IMG/VR virus record: IMGVR_UViG_3300009502_000023
Location: 37,731-101,730 of that record
Length of the DNA: 64,000 nucleotides
Direction: 5' to 3' (one strand)
DNA from: a virus
Lineage: Duplodnaviria > Heunggongvirae > Uroviricota > Caudoviricetes
Shown here: piece after piece, positions 28,466-37,892 of the stretch
Layout of the letters: the number at the start of each line of letters is the position of its first letter
Position numbering within the stretch: the first letter of the stretch is position 1
Made by a program: the position numbers and the translations under genes
The notes under the pieces: generated by a model
Told to the model about the DNA's origin: nothing
The model's database searches: none
What the model saw: the letters and a program-made list of their open reading frames with translations, nothing else

Positions 28466-29102
28466 AAAACTTGATGACGCAACAAATGCCGAGATAATGT
28501 CTTGTTCCGATAAAGATGTGATTAAACACGAATTGGAACTAAAGTATCCCGGTGCTGTTGATCATGTTAAAGCTATATTGAAATTGATTGGAGATGATCC
28601 AGACCGTGAAGGTTTGCGTGATACTCCTTATAGAGTTGTAAAAAGTTGGCTTGAACTATACAATTATGATTCAAATTTAGATAATATAATGGGTACCTTT
28701 TTTGAAGAGGAAATTGGTGATCAAACAGATGAGATGGTAATATGTAAAAATATATCTTTCTTTTCTACTTGTGAGCATCATATGATACCTTTTAGTGGAT
28801 TAATAAGTATAGGATATTTACCAACCAATAAAGTAATCGGTGTTTCTAAAATGGTAAGATTGGTAGAACATTTTGCAAGAAGACTTCAAATTCAAGAAAA
28901 ATTGGGCAGTCAAATTGCAGATAGTATGATGCAATACTTAAATCCGCAGGGTGTTGGTGTGATCATTACAGCCAAGCATCTATGCATGTCTGCTAGAGGT
29001 GTAAAAAATCAAACTTCATCGATGACCACATCATCTATGAGAGGAAAATTTAAAACACAATCACAGACGAGAACTGAGTTTTTATCATTAATTAAAGATT
29101 AA
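28422..29102 (+). CDS. folE: GTP cyclohydrolase I (probable true start ATG 28452)
   Basis: CEHHMIPF active-site motif and overall FolE-like sequence. Confidence 0.85.
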   Translation: MKNYWKEFLTMTTNKKLDDATNAEIMSCSDKDVIKHELELKYPGAVDHVKAILKLIGDDPDREGLRDTPYRVVKSWLELYNYDSNLDNIMGTFFEEEIGDQTDEMVICKNISFFSTCEHHMIPFSGLISIGYLPTNKVIGVSKMVRLVEHFARRLQIQEKLGSQIADSMMQYLNPQGVGVIITAKHLCMSARGVKNQTSSMTTSSMRGKFKTQSQTRTEFLSLIKD

Positions 29103-29180
29103 TTTTATTGAATTGTTAAAAGAAGGTAAAAACTAAAAGTTATCATAATTGATACTACAACTCAAAAAGGAAACATTCCC

Positions 29181-29933
29181 ATGTCTGAACGTAATCTGAA
29201 CGAGATGCTGAATACCGATGAAGTCACCGAGACAGCTGAAGCTACTGCTCTGGCTACTGCTGGTCGTCCACCCAAGACGTCCAAGGTTGAACCTGTTGTT
29301 GCTCCTGTTGCAGTAGTTACTCCTGAAGTTACTGAACCAGTTGCTGCGGGTGTAGTTGCTACCGGAAGCTTTGTTAGTTTGAATGATTATCTTACCACTC
29401 ATCGTGCGAAGATCACAAATGCTGCTATTACGAGCCTTTCTGGTTTCTCTCGAGTTCCTGCTGGTAAGTATATGATGTTCTGTACTAACACCGAAGATAA
29501 TGCTGATCTAGTTCTTTTTGAGAAGCCCGGTACTCTTTGGATGGAACAAGGTGCAATTCCTGATGCTATCAAGGTTGAGAGCAGTGGTATTGTTATCAAG
29601 TGTCCTAATAGTCGCTACTATATTGGTAAGAACAATGTGACCAAGATCACAACGAACGCAACCAATAGTGTTGAGAATATTAAGGTTTATAGTCGCAGCA
29701 AGACTGCAGATGATATTCGTGTGTCCGATGAAACGGTCACTCAGAGCACTGCAGATGCTGATACTGTGAAGTTGCATGTGAAGAAGGTTAGTCCTCGTCT
29801 TTATAATGCAATCAAGGATATGACCACCAAGGATGAGATCAAGGCTGGAATCCAAGACTTCATGAGTAAGATCTACGACTTAAATCATCTTATAAAAATT
29901 GAGAAGGAACTTCTTTACACGCTTAGTCTGTAA
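29181..29933 (+). CDS. GC-rich codon-distinct gene, unknown (probably very highly expressed; N-terminal Ala/Pro/Val/Thr-rich linker)
   Basis: ORF 250 aa; CTG/GCT/GGT/AAG-rich codon usage unlike neighbours; strong terminator downstream. Confidence 0.55.
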   Translation: MSERNLNEMLNTDEVTETAEATALATAGRPPKTSKVEPVVAPVAVVTPEVTEPVAAGVVATGSFVSLNDYLTTHRAKITNAAITSLSGFSRVPAGKYMMFCTNTEDNADLVLFEKPGTLWMEQGAIPDAIKVESSGIVIKCPNSRYYIGKNNVTKITTNATNSVENIKVYSRSKTADDIRVSDETVTQSTADADTVKLHVKKVSPRLYNAIKDMTTKDEIKAGIQDFMSKIYDLNHLIKIEKELLYTLSL

Positions 29934-29944
29934 TTGAATAATAT

Positions 29945-29988
29945 TCGTTGACAGATAATTTAATCGTTATCTGTCAACGATTTTCTTT
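29945..29988 (+). terminator. rho-independent terminator
   Basis: 13-bp stem CGTTGACAGATAA/TTATCTGTCAACG, loop TTTAATCG, then ATTTTCTTTT. Confidence 0.6.
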
Positions 29989-29991
29989 TCA

Positions 29992-30011
29992 GTATGAATA
30001 AATTATAAAGT
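29992..30011 (+). promoter_or_regulatory. conserved 20-nt element TATGAATAAATTATAAAGTT (candidate promoter), identical copy at 51290
   Basis: exact 20/20 match at two loci, each just downstream of a terminator and upstream of an RHH-endonuclease pair; contains TATAAA. Confidence 0.35.
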
Positions 30012-30031
30012 TATTATTTAGGATGTGTGGT

Positions 30032-30202
30032 ATGAAATCAATGATAATAGACGAAGATCTTCATCGAATATTAAAAGTACTTTCAGCAGAAAAAGTTAGA
30101 TCAATTAGAAGTTTAATTTGTGAAGCTTTGATTGATTTATTTCGAAAGTATAATAAAGAAATTTCAAAAAATTTAGAGACTTATCATGAACGAAATACAT
30201 AA
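30032..30202 (+). CDS. small ribbon-helix-helix-like protein (56 aa, not in ORF track)
   Basis: MKSMIIDEDLHRILKVLSAEKVRSIRSLICEALIDLF resembles CopG/RHH fold; paralog at 51333. Confidence 0.45.
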   Translation: MKSMIIDEDLHRILKVLSAEKVRSIRSLICEALIDLFRKYNKEISKNLETYHERNT

Positions 30203-31022
30203 ATTATGCGAGTGCGGTTGTGGAAAAGAAGTAAAATTATCATCTAGTAGATTTTGTAGTGGTCATAATATGATCGGGGTGATAAAATCAAAAGAAACAC
30301 TTCTAAAAATAGCAAACTCAAATAGAGGACAAAAACGTTCTTTAGAAACAAAAGAAAAAATATCTAATTCGCATAAAGGAAAAAAACATTCGTCAGAAAC
30401 AATAGTAAAAATAGCAAACTCAAATAGAGGACAAAAACGTTCTATAGAAACAAAAGAAAAAATATCTAATACTAGTAAAGGAAGAGTAATGCCCCCTATA
30501 ACAGAAGAAACAAGAAAGAGAAGATCTATTTCTGCAACAGGAAGAATGCTCTCATTAGAAACAAAAGAAAAAATATCCAAAGCACATATAGGAAAAAGAT
30601 GTTCACCTGAACATATATTGAATATGAGTATTGCTCAAATGAAACGAGTAGAAAAACAATTATTTAATGGTGGACCAATGTATCCTTGTATGGGGAATAA
30701 TGAAACACAAATTCTTGATTGTTTTCAAACAGAATCAGGAGAGAGGATTCTAAGAAACGATCATGATTTATTTCTAAAATCGGGCAAATTTCCAGATGGT
30801 TATATTAAAAAATATAATCTGTGTATTGATATTCTTGAACCACACCATTTTAAACCAAATGGTGAATTAAGTGACAAAGATCAAAAACGAGAATTAAGAA
30901 TAGCTTTACATCTCGGTTGTATGATATATTATGTTCCAGAACAAGAATTTCTTTTTAATCAAAATAAAGAGATTCATCGATTCAAAGATTTTCTATTAAC
31001 ACTAGATGAGGATCGAAACTAA
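30186..31022 (+). CDS. homing-endonuclease-like protein, variant subfamily (Zn-ribbon + NUMOD3 repeats; C-terminal nuclease motif degenerate)
   Basis: MNEIHKLCECGCGKEV; repeats GQKRSLETKEKISNSHKGKKHSSETIVKIA; C-term FPDGYIKKYNL lacks the ELK of paralogs; sister of 51457 gene. Confidence 0.55.
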   Translation: MNEIHKLCECGCGKEVKLSSSRFCSGHNMIGVIKSKETLLKIANSNRGQKRSLETKEKISNSHKGKKHSSETIVKIANSNRGQKRSIETKEKISNTSKGRVMPPITEETRKRRSISATGRMLSLETKEKISKAHIGKRCSPEHILNMSIAQMKRVEKQLFNGGPMYPCMGNNETQILDCFQTESGERILRNDHDLFLKSGKFPDGYIKKYNLCIDILEPHHFKPNGELSDKDQKRELRIALHLGCMIYYVPEQEFLFNQNKEIHRFKDFLLTLDEDRN

Positions 31023-31731
31023 AGTGATTAATTTAAACTGTTCTCTTTTACTCAAAGATCTTTATAGCTATGATATTCATTCTGCTTATCCTAGTATTCT
31101 TCAAAAACAACATTATGATTTTAAAGAAACTAATCTAGAAAATAAAACGGAAAGATCCATTTTTATAGGTAAAGAACAAATTGGAAATATTGACTTGTCT
31201 GAGTTTCTAATCGAATCGGTTGATAGTTTGATTAAATATTATCTTCAAGAGAATAATGTTGGGGATGAAGATATTATCACAATTCAACGAGATGGTTGTA
31301 TTATTAAAAAGATGTTGGATAATGATGATGAGTTTATTAAATTAGAATTAAGAGAATTGATTGATTTTTTGATTATGGCACCAGACAGAAAGAAATATCT
31401 TTTCTTAGCAAATGGAAAGATCACGATCAAAGGTCTAGCTCATTACTATGAAGAACTAGATAGTATTTACCAAAGATTTGCTAACTTTACTTTTTATGAT
31501 AAGTCCATATTGTTTGAACAAATGGATGACATCAAACAAGAGATATTGAAAACAGAGAATAAGAAACTGTTTTTAATTCCAAGAGAAAATTCTTTTATAG
31601 TATTAACTCATAAGGGTGATATTACAGTTAAAGATCCAGATTTTGTAGACCTAGATTCAATCAACAGAATTAAGTATTACAATCATTACTTTGCTGATTT
31701 CTTGAGATCAATATATTTAGAATGTTATTAG
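31006..31731 (+). CDS. hypothetical protein
   Basis: ORF 241 aa. Confidence 0.45.
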   Translation: MRIETKVINLNCSLLLKDLYSYDIHSAYPSILQKQHYDFKETNLENKTERSIFIGKEQIGNIDLSEFLIESVDSLIKYYLQENNVGDEDIITIQRDGCIIKKMLDNDDEFIKLELRELIDFLIMAPDRKKYLFLANGKITIKGLAHYYEELDSIYQRFANFTFYDKSILFEQMDDIKQEILKTENKKLFLIPRENSFIVLTHKGDITVKDPDFVDLDSINRIKYYNHYFADFLRSIYLECY

Positions 31732-31740
31732 GAGAAAACA

Positions 31741-32001
31741 ATGTCAGGAAACAATTTAACTAAAGAAGATATTGAAGAATATGGTAGAGTACTTAAACCA
31801 GAACCAAGAATAAAGAAAACAGATTTTTTAGATACTGTTGTTAAAGAAATACGAAATACCAAAACAGAAAATGAAACTAAATTAATTCTTGCTAATCTCG
31901 TAATGAGTTCAATGATGGATTCATATATAAGAAACGAATGTGTGAATTATTGTGATAGACACGCACCAAGATCTAATATTGAGGTATACACACATGAGTG
32001 A
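31741..32001 (+). CDS. hypothetical protein
   Basis: ORF 86 aa with GGAG RBS. Confidence 0.35.
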   Translation: MSGNNLTKEDIEEYGRVLKPEPRIKKTDFLDTVVKEIRNTKTENETKLILANLVMSSMMDSYIRNECVNYCDRHAPRSNIEVYTHE

Positions 32002-32491
32002 AGACAATACAAATATGTTCGGCGAAACAATTTCAGAAGAAGATTCTCAAATTATTGATTTCATTAATGAACGAGAACTCTACTATGAGACAATGGCTCG
32101 TAATGAGATCATGTTAGAAGTAGAAAAAAAATTTGGGAACAAAGGTAAAGAAGTTCTATCACAGCTCAATGAAGATGTTTCAGTTTTACCAGAAAATCTT
32201 GAATGCCCAGAATGTGGTAAAATTTCAAAAGAAGTGATGGATAGCGCAGAACAACAACTCAAGTTGATTGAAGTTGCATTTGATTCTGAGTTTGATGCAG
32301 TGGTGAAATATGTAATGTTTCATAATAACGAAACATTACATATCAGTCTTGATTTAATGAAAGAAGCAATTGAGAGATTCTCTAGTTATAAACTTGGAGA
32401 AATTCCATATGATGTAATGCAAAAAGTTAAAATCAAAATTCTGTTTGACGGAATTCAAGAGGGGTGGTTGATAGATGAAATCTTTGAGTAA
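31952..32491 (+). CDS. hypothetical acidic protein (contains CPECG zinc-ribbon-like pair)
   Basis: ORF 179 aa. Confidence 0.4.
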   Translation: MIDTHQDLILRYTHMSEDNTNMFGETISEEDSQIIDFINERELYYETMARNEIMLEVEKKFGNKGKEVLSQLNEDVSVLPENLECPECGKISKEVMDSAEQQLKLIEVAFDSEFDAVVKYVMFHNNETLHISLDLMKEAIERFSSYKLGEIPYDVMQKVKIKILFDGIQEGWLIDEIFE

Positions 32492-33095
32492 ACGTTGTTT
32501 GAATCTTGGATCCGGCAAAGTTGATTTTGACCGGTATAAAGATTACATGACAACAGTTCATGTAGATCAGAGCTATATTGAAAGTGGATCAGTACCACTT
32601 GATGTAATTGTACAAAATTTTTATGATATAGAAAAAGAAAAAACTTCAAAACAATATTTGTGTAAATCTAATATTTTCGATTTCATTGATTCATTTCCAT
32701 ATAAGTTCGATATTGTCTTTGCTGAGAGAATTTTTGAACATATGGATTATACCGGTGGTGAGATTGGTCGATTGTTAGAAGGTATTAATGTTTTAACAAA
32801 CAAGGATGCTGAATTAACAATCGTTGTTCCGAATGCTATTCTTATTTCTAATATTCTTTCTGATATAGAAAAGAATTATGAGAAAATGGGATATGTAGAA
32901 ATTCTTAATAAAATGTTAATTGTTAATACAGAAAACCACAACTTTCGTCATGATCCTCATTGTTCTAGTTGGACACCAACAACTGCAAAATTCTATATTG
33001 AATCCGAGGGAACTTGGAAAATTAGTTTTATAGAAGAACAAATACAATTTGCTGGTCGAGATATTTACATGAGAATACTTTGTTATAAAACTTAA
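32475..33095 (+). CDS. class I SAM-dependent methyltransferase-like protein
   Basis: LNLGSGK (motif I) and DIVFAERIFEHM (Methyltransf_11-like motif II). Confidence 0.45.
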   Translation: MKSLSKRCLNLGSGKVDFDRYKDYMTTVHVDQSYIESGSVPLDVIVQNFYDIEKEKTSKQYLCKSNIFDFIDSFPYKFDIVFAERIFEHMDYTGGEIGRLLEGINVLTNKDAELTIVVPNAILISNILSDIEKNYEKMGYVEILNKMLIVNTENHNFRHDPHCSSWTPTTAKFYIESEGTWKISFIEEQIQFAGRDIYMRILCYKT

Positions 33096-33148
33096 GTAAT
33101 TGTGTAAGGATCTCTTTTTATATTAGAATAAATTAAAAGGAGATCCTC

Positions 33149-34225
33149 ATGATCGAGTGCAAAGAATGTGGAAAAGAATGTATTTCTGAATTTCATTTAG
33201 CTAAACATTTAGCAAGATATCCAATTAATCATTGTACTCCACAAGAGTATTATGATAAGTATATATTAAAAGATGATAATAATAAAAAGTGTCACCGTCG
33301 AACTTGTTTAAATCAGACATCTTTTAATGGTATTATTCATGGATATAATAAATACTGTTCACCTAGTTGTTGTAATAAAGAAAAAGCAACAGATCCTGAA
33401 TATAGATTGAAAAATAAAAATGCTCAGATTATAGCACAGAATAAACCAGAAGTAAAACAGAGAAGTAGAGATACAGCAAGTGCACAGTGGAAAGATCCCG
33501 ATGTAAGAAGACGAACATTATCTACGTATCAGCAAACTTTAAACAAACCAGGTATAAGAGAAAGATATTCAGAGGCATCAAAAAATAGATGGACTAATTC
33601 TGAATATAGAAATAAATATATACAATCAATGCAGAAACATTGGAAAAGTGAAGATTATAAAAAAGAATTTAAAAAAGCACATAACACAGAAGAAAGTAAA
33701 TTAAATCATTCGGTTGCAAGTAAGAAACTGTGGCAGAATCAACTATTTAGAGATAGGATGATTTCTTTTCTAAATAGTTCAGATCATAAAAAGTATATGA
33801 GTGATTTAGTTACTGTTAAAATGTTAAATGGAGAATGGAATCCTGGACATGGTTGCTATCATTGGGGGTACTGCTATTCTGAAAAGAATAACTCATTCAT
33901 GTTTCATAGATCAGGTACAGAACTCACTGCTTTTCAATTGTTGGATATAAACCCTTTAGTAAAATCATTCGATTATGAACCTTTAAGAATTAGTTATATT
34001 GATAAAGATGGAAATACAAAGTTTTGTATTCCTGATTTGATGATACATTATATAGATAATAGTTTGGAGTTGGTTGAAATAAAACCTGATGTTTTTGTCA
34101 ATGATGAAGACATTCAATTAAAACTTAAAGCTATGTCGGAGTATTGTATCAAAATTGGTATTAAATTTAGAGTGTGGTTAGAAAGTGAAATAGTAAACAG
34201 AAACACGAAACAGGAGATAGTTATC
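33149..34225 (+). CDS. homing-endonuclease-like protein (CKECGKEC Zn-ribbon, basic repeats, PD-(D/E)xK-like PDL...ELVEIKP) lacking its own stop codon
   Basis: ORF reads through in frame into the GC-rich gene starting 34226; AGAATAAATTAAAAGG motif and AAAGGAG RBS upstream. Confidence 0.5.
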
Positions 34226-34468
34226 ATGGCTACATATCAAGAGACGATGGATGCAATCAACACCAAGATCGATGCTTTCAAGGCCGCTGCTGCCACTGGC
34301 GTGGACAACAAGACTGCTGCCCTCCAAGCTCGCAAGTTGTCGATGGAACTTCGCGCTGATCTTCAGGGTTTCCGTAAGGCTAGTGTTGATAATGATCGCG
34401 CTAATACCAAGCACCGCGAGCCCAAGGCTGCAACAGCAACTGTTGCCGAACCTGCCGTTGTTGCCTAA
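34226..34468 (+). CDS. small (80 aa) Ala/Lys-rich GC-rich gene, probably very highly expressed
   Basis: own AGGAG RBS 9 nt upstream of ATG 34226; abrupt shift to GC-rich codon usage relative to upstream endonuclease body. Confidence 0.5.
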   Translation: MATYQETMDAINTKIDAFKAAAATGVDNKTAALQARKLSMELRADLQGFRKASVDNDRANTKHREPKAATATVAEPAVVA

Positions 34469-34540
34469 GTTACAGATCGAATAAAATAATAAGTAATAGT
34501 TAGTTTGATTATTTTTGTGGTGTCGGGTTATTTTCCACTA

Positions 34541-34610
34541 TATTATAAAAGTTTATCGTTACACCGTTACACCGATATTATAAAAAAGTTATTGTTACAC
34601 CGTTACACCG
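34541..34610. repeat. direct repeat x2 of about 34 nt (TATTATAAAA..GTTATyGTTACACCGTTACACCG), each containing tandem GTTACACCG
   Basis: copies at 34541-34574 and 34577-34610 in a 300-bp non-coding region. Confidence 0.55.
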
Positions 34611-34680
34611 GAAGTAACACACCAACCACAAGTAATCAAACTAACTATGAAACGTTATAAAATCAGATCGATTAAGAGGG

Positions 34681-34739
34681 TATCTGGGATTATACTAAGT
34701 CCCAGATATCCTTACTTTATTATACTTAAAAGTATAATA
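34681..34739 (+). promoter_or_regulatory. two adjacent perfect hairpins (9-bp stems) upstream of 34769 gene
   Basis: TATCTGGGA-10nt-TCCCAGATA (34681-34708) and TATTATACT-TAAA-AGTATAATA (34718-34739). Confidence 0.4.
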
Positions 34740-34768
34740 CAAAGAAGAAAAAGGATGAGTTAGGTATC

Positions 34769-34957
34769 ATGAATGGTGATAGAAATAACTTTGTTGACCC
34801 AAGTGACTATAATGATGAATACGACTATGAAGATCTCGAAGAGAAACATGGTCGTGGTGGTGTTGTAAAGTTTTCCAAGATTGATAATTCTGGAAAATAT
34901 GTTCCCGGGAAGAAAAAGGTAAAACATCGTCAATTGGCCGATGTGGAAGTATATTAG
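34769..34957 (+). CDS. hypothetical small acidic/basic protein
   Basis: ORF 62 aa. Confidence 0.35.
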   Translation: MNGDRNNFVDPSDYNDEYDYEDLEEKHGRGGVVKFSKIDNSGKYVPGKKKVKHRQLADVEVY

Positions 34958-34960
34958 ATA

Positions 34961-36007
34961 ATGAATAAGTTATGCGAATGTGGTTGTGGTATTGAAGTAA
35001 CCAATGAGAATAATAGGTTTTTAAAGGGACATAGTAGAAAAGGAAATAAAGAATCTTATATAAAACAAGCAAAAAATTACAAAGAAAAATATGGTGTTGA
35101 AAATCCATTTCAATTAGAACTAGTTAAAGATCAGATTAAACAAAAACATTTAGAAAATTTAGGTGTTGAAAATCCCAGTTATTCAAAAGAGATTAAAGAA
35201 AAGAAAACTAAAACAAGTTTAATAAGATATGGCTGTATGCACCCAATGCAATTTGAAAAATTTAAAGAGAAATCAAAGCAAACATGTAAAGAAAAGTTGG
35301 GTGTTGATTTTGCATTTCAATCAGAATCAGTCAAAGAAAAAATCAAACAAACCAGTTTTACAAAATTTGGTACTGATCATCCGATGAAATCAAAAGAAAT
35401 TCAAGATAAGAAAATTAAAACATTGATTGAAAATTTGGGATTTTCGAACCCAATGAAATCAGAAATATGCAAAAATAAAGCAAGAAAAACAAATATAGAA
35501 AAATTTGGCGTTTCGAATCCTAGTCAGTCTAAAATAGTTAAAGAACAGAAAAAACAAACATCAATAAAACATTGGGGTTTTGATAATTGGTCAAGAACAC
35601 CACAGGGAAGAAAACTACATCGAATTAATTCTATTAGAATGAGAGATGACCAATTAGCTAATGATGAACCAGCAATGCCGTGCGTTGGTATTGAAGAACG
35701 ACCATTTTTAAATACTCTTCAGCAATATACAAAATTTAATATCATTCGAAATGATAATTCTTTCAATCATGATGTTGGCAGATATCCAGATGGTCATATT
35801 CCCGAGTTAAAACTTTTCATTCAATTTGATGAAAAATTTCATTTTGAAAATAAAGAAATGACTATCTATAAAGAAGATGATCTAAATTGTACACTTGAAC
35901 TAGCATCTTTGGGATATATTGTTTTCAGAATTTCAGAAAAACAATGGAGAGAAAATAAAGAACACGTAATAGATCAATTTGAACTTATCATAACAGAACA
36001 CGAATGA
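34961..36007 (+). CDS. homing-endonuclease-like protein (Zn-ribbon + repeats + PD-(D/E)xK-like YPDGHIPELK) upstream of ligase
   Basis: MNKLCECGCGIEV; repeated K.Q.HLENLGVENP modules; C-term near-identical to 13482/24220 paralogs. Confidence 0.6.
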   Translation: MNKLCECGCGIEVTNENNRFLKGHSRKGNKESYIKQAKNYKEKYGVENPFQLELVKDQIKQKHLENLGVENPSYSKEIKEKKTKTSLIRYGCMHPMQFEKFKEKSKQTCKEKLGVDFAFQSESVKEKIKQTSFTKFGTDHPMKSKEIQDKKIKTLIENLGFSNPMKSEICKNKARKTNIEKFGVSNPSQSKIVKEQKKQTSIKHWGFDNWSRTPQGRKLHRINSIRMRDDQLANDEPAMPCVGIEERPFLNTLQQYTKFNIIRNDNSFNHDVGRYPDGHIPELKLFIQFDEKFHFENKEMTIYKEDDLNCTLELASLGYIVFRISEKQWRENKEHVIDQFELIITEHE

Positions 36008-36020
36008 AGGAATTTGAACA

Positions 36021-37892
36021 GTGAACAGAATACAGGATCTGAAAAAACAAATCGAATATCATTCAGATTTATATTATAACAAATCACAGCCGGAAATCAC
36101 TGATTTTGAATTTGATAATCTTGTAAGTGAATTAAACTCGATGGGTGGTTCGGTTGAAGTTGGTGCTCCAACATATGGTAAAAAGGTTACTCATAGCAGC
36201 AAGATGGGATCATTAGATAAAGATACTTCTTGTGATGTGATCATAGCTTGGGCTAACAAATATACTAATGGTAAAGTTGTTGTTGAACCGAAAATTGATG
36301 GTCTTGCTATTGAACTTACTTATATCAATGGAAATTTAAAACAAGCAGCAACCCGCGGAGATGGTAATGTTGGTCAAGATGTTACTGATAATGTTAGAAT
36401 GATTAGTTCAATTCCTAAAACATTATCTAATAAATTAACCGTCAAGGTTCGTGGTGAAATTCTGATGCTTCGATCTGTATTTAATGAATTTCTGAAATTG
36501 GGTGTTGAGGATTTATCAAATCCAAGAAATGCAGCATCTGGTTCATTGATGGTTAAAGATCCAGCAATTACCGGATCGAGGAACTTAAATTTCATTTGTT
36601 ATGATACTGTATCAAGCGAATCTTTTACAACCGAAGCAGATAAGCTTCAATGGATTCATACTAATCTTCCTGAGATCCAATTGATAGAATGGCATCTTGA
36701 AGATATTTCCAATTTTAAAACTATTTCTGAGAAGTGGGAAATCAACCGGTCTGTACTTAATTATGATATTGATGGTCTTGTAATTTCATTAAATAGTATT
36801 TCTGATCAAGAAGAAGCTGGTTGGACTGAGAAATGCCCAAGAGGAAAAATGGCATTTAAATTTAAACCAGAACAAAAGAATGCAAAAATATTATCTATTG
36901 ATTGGCAAGTTGGTCGGACTGGTCGTTTGACTCCTGTAGTTTATATTGAACCAACTGTAATTGGTGGTTCTATAAATTCTAAGGCGACACTACACAATGC
37001 AAAAATGTTTAATGATAAAAATATAGCTGTAAATGATACTGCTTTGATTGAAAGAGCTGGGGATGTCATTCCTCAGTTAATTAGAGTTGTTGAAAGAAAT
37101 TCTGATAGAGTGGTTCAGTCACTACCAACTATATGTCCTTCTTGCAAACATCCGGTGGTGTGGGATAAACGCGGAGTTAATATTTGGTGTTTGAATGCTG
37201 ACTGTCCTACTCGGTTTATAGAGTTGGTCATTCATTATATCAAAACACTTGATATTCTTGGTGTTGGGGAAGGAATTATTACTGCATTGTGTGATGCTGG
37301 GTATGTTAAAAAATTATCTGATCTATATGATGTTACATTAGAACAGATAAAGAGCGTAACCGGTGGTGATAAATCTTCAGAAAAAGTCTATAATGCAATT
37401 CATTCGAAGAAAGAAATACCGCTAGAAATTTTTCTTGATTCTTTGGGAATCAGTGGTTTAGGAACTTCTACTTCGAAAGATATAGCTAAAAAATTTAAAA
37501 CTTTACAATCAGTAAGAAATATCGGAAAGAGTCAATTACTCTCAATGGAAGGTATACAGGCTTTAACCGAGGCAAAAATTATTGATGGATTAGCAAATCG
37601 CTCGTATATTATAGATGAATTACTAAAGAGAATCAGTGTTATGAGTACAAAAGAATCAACTGGTTCGTTGGCTGGTAAATCGTTTTGTTTAACCGGATCA
37701 ATGTCAAAATCCAGAAAAGAAATAGAAAAAACGATCATGTCCAAAGGCGGAGAAGCAGAATCTGGAGTTAAAGCAGGATTAACTTATTTGGTTCAATCCG
37801 ACCCAACTAGTACCTCATCTAAGAGCGAGAAAGCACTGAAATTGGGTGTGGTGATAATTTCAGAAGATGATCTTTGGAGAATGATGGAGTGA
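36021..37892 (+). CDS. ligA: NAD-dependent DNA ligase
   Basis: adenylation motif EPKIDGLAIEL (KxDG), OB/Zn (CPSCKHPV...C..DC), HhH and C-terminal BRCT-like region. Confidence 0.85.
   Translation: MNRIQDLKKQIEYHSDLYYNKSQPEITDFEFDNLVSELNSMGGSVEVGAPTYGKKVTHSSKMGSLDKDTSCDVIIAWANKYTNGKVVVEPKIDGLAIELTYINGNLKQAATRGDGNVGQDVTDNVRMISSIPKTLSNKLTVKVRGEILMLRSVFNEFLKLGVEDLSNPRNAASGSLMVKDPAITGSRNLNFICYDTVSSESFTTEADKLQWIHTNLPEIQLIEWHLEDISNFKTISEKWEINRSVLNYDIDGLVISLNSISDQEEAGWTEKCPRGKMAFKFKPEQKNAKILSIDWQVGRTGRLTPVVYIEPTVIGGSINSKATLHNAKMFNDKNIAVNDTALIERAGDVIPQLIRVVERNSDRVVQSLPTICPSCKHPVVWDKRGVNIWCLNADCPTRFIELVIHYIKTLDILGVGEGIITALCDAGYVKKLSDLYDVTLEQIKSVTGGDKSSEKVYNAIHSKKEIPLEIFLDSLGISGLGTSTSKDIAKKFKTLQSVRNIGKSQLLSMEGIQALTEAKIIDGLANRSYIIDELLKRISVMSTKESTGSLAGKSFCLTGSMSKSRKEIEKTIMSKGGEAESGVKAGLTYLVQSDPTSTSSKSEKALKLGVVIISEDDLWRMME

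Noticed and set aside
34178-34484. ORFs 34178-34414(-) and 34251-34484(+) in the GC-rich segment.
   Set aside because: They are frame artefacts of the GC-rich 34226-34468 gene. The sense frame has an AGGAG RBS and coherent codon usage.
34541-34610. The 34.5 kb repeats as a CRISPR array.
   Set aside because: There are only two repeat units, with no regular spacer periodicity. No cas genes are present. It is better described as a regulatory direct repeat.
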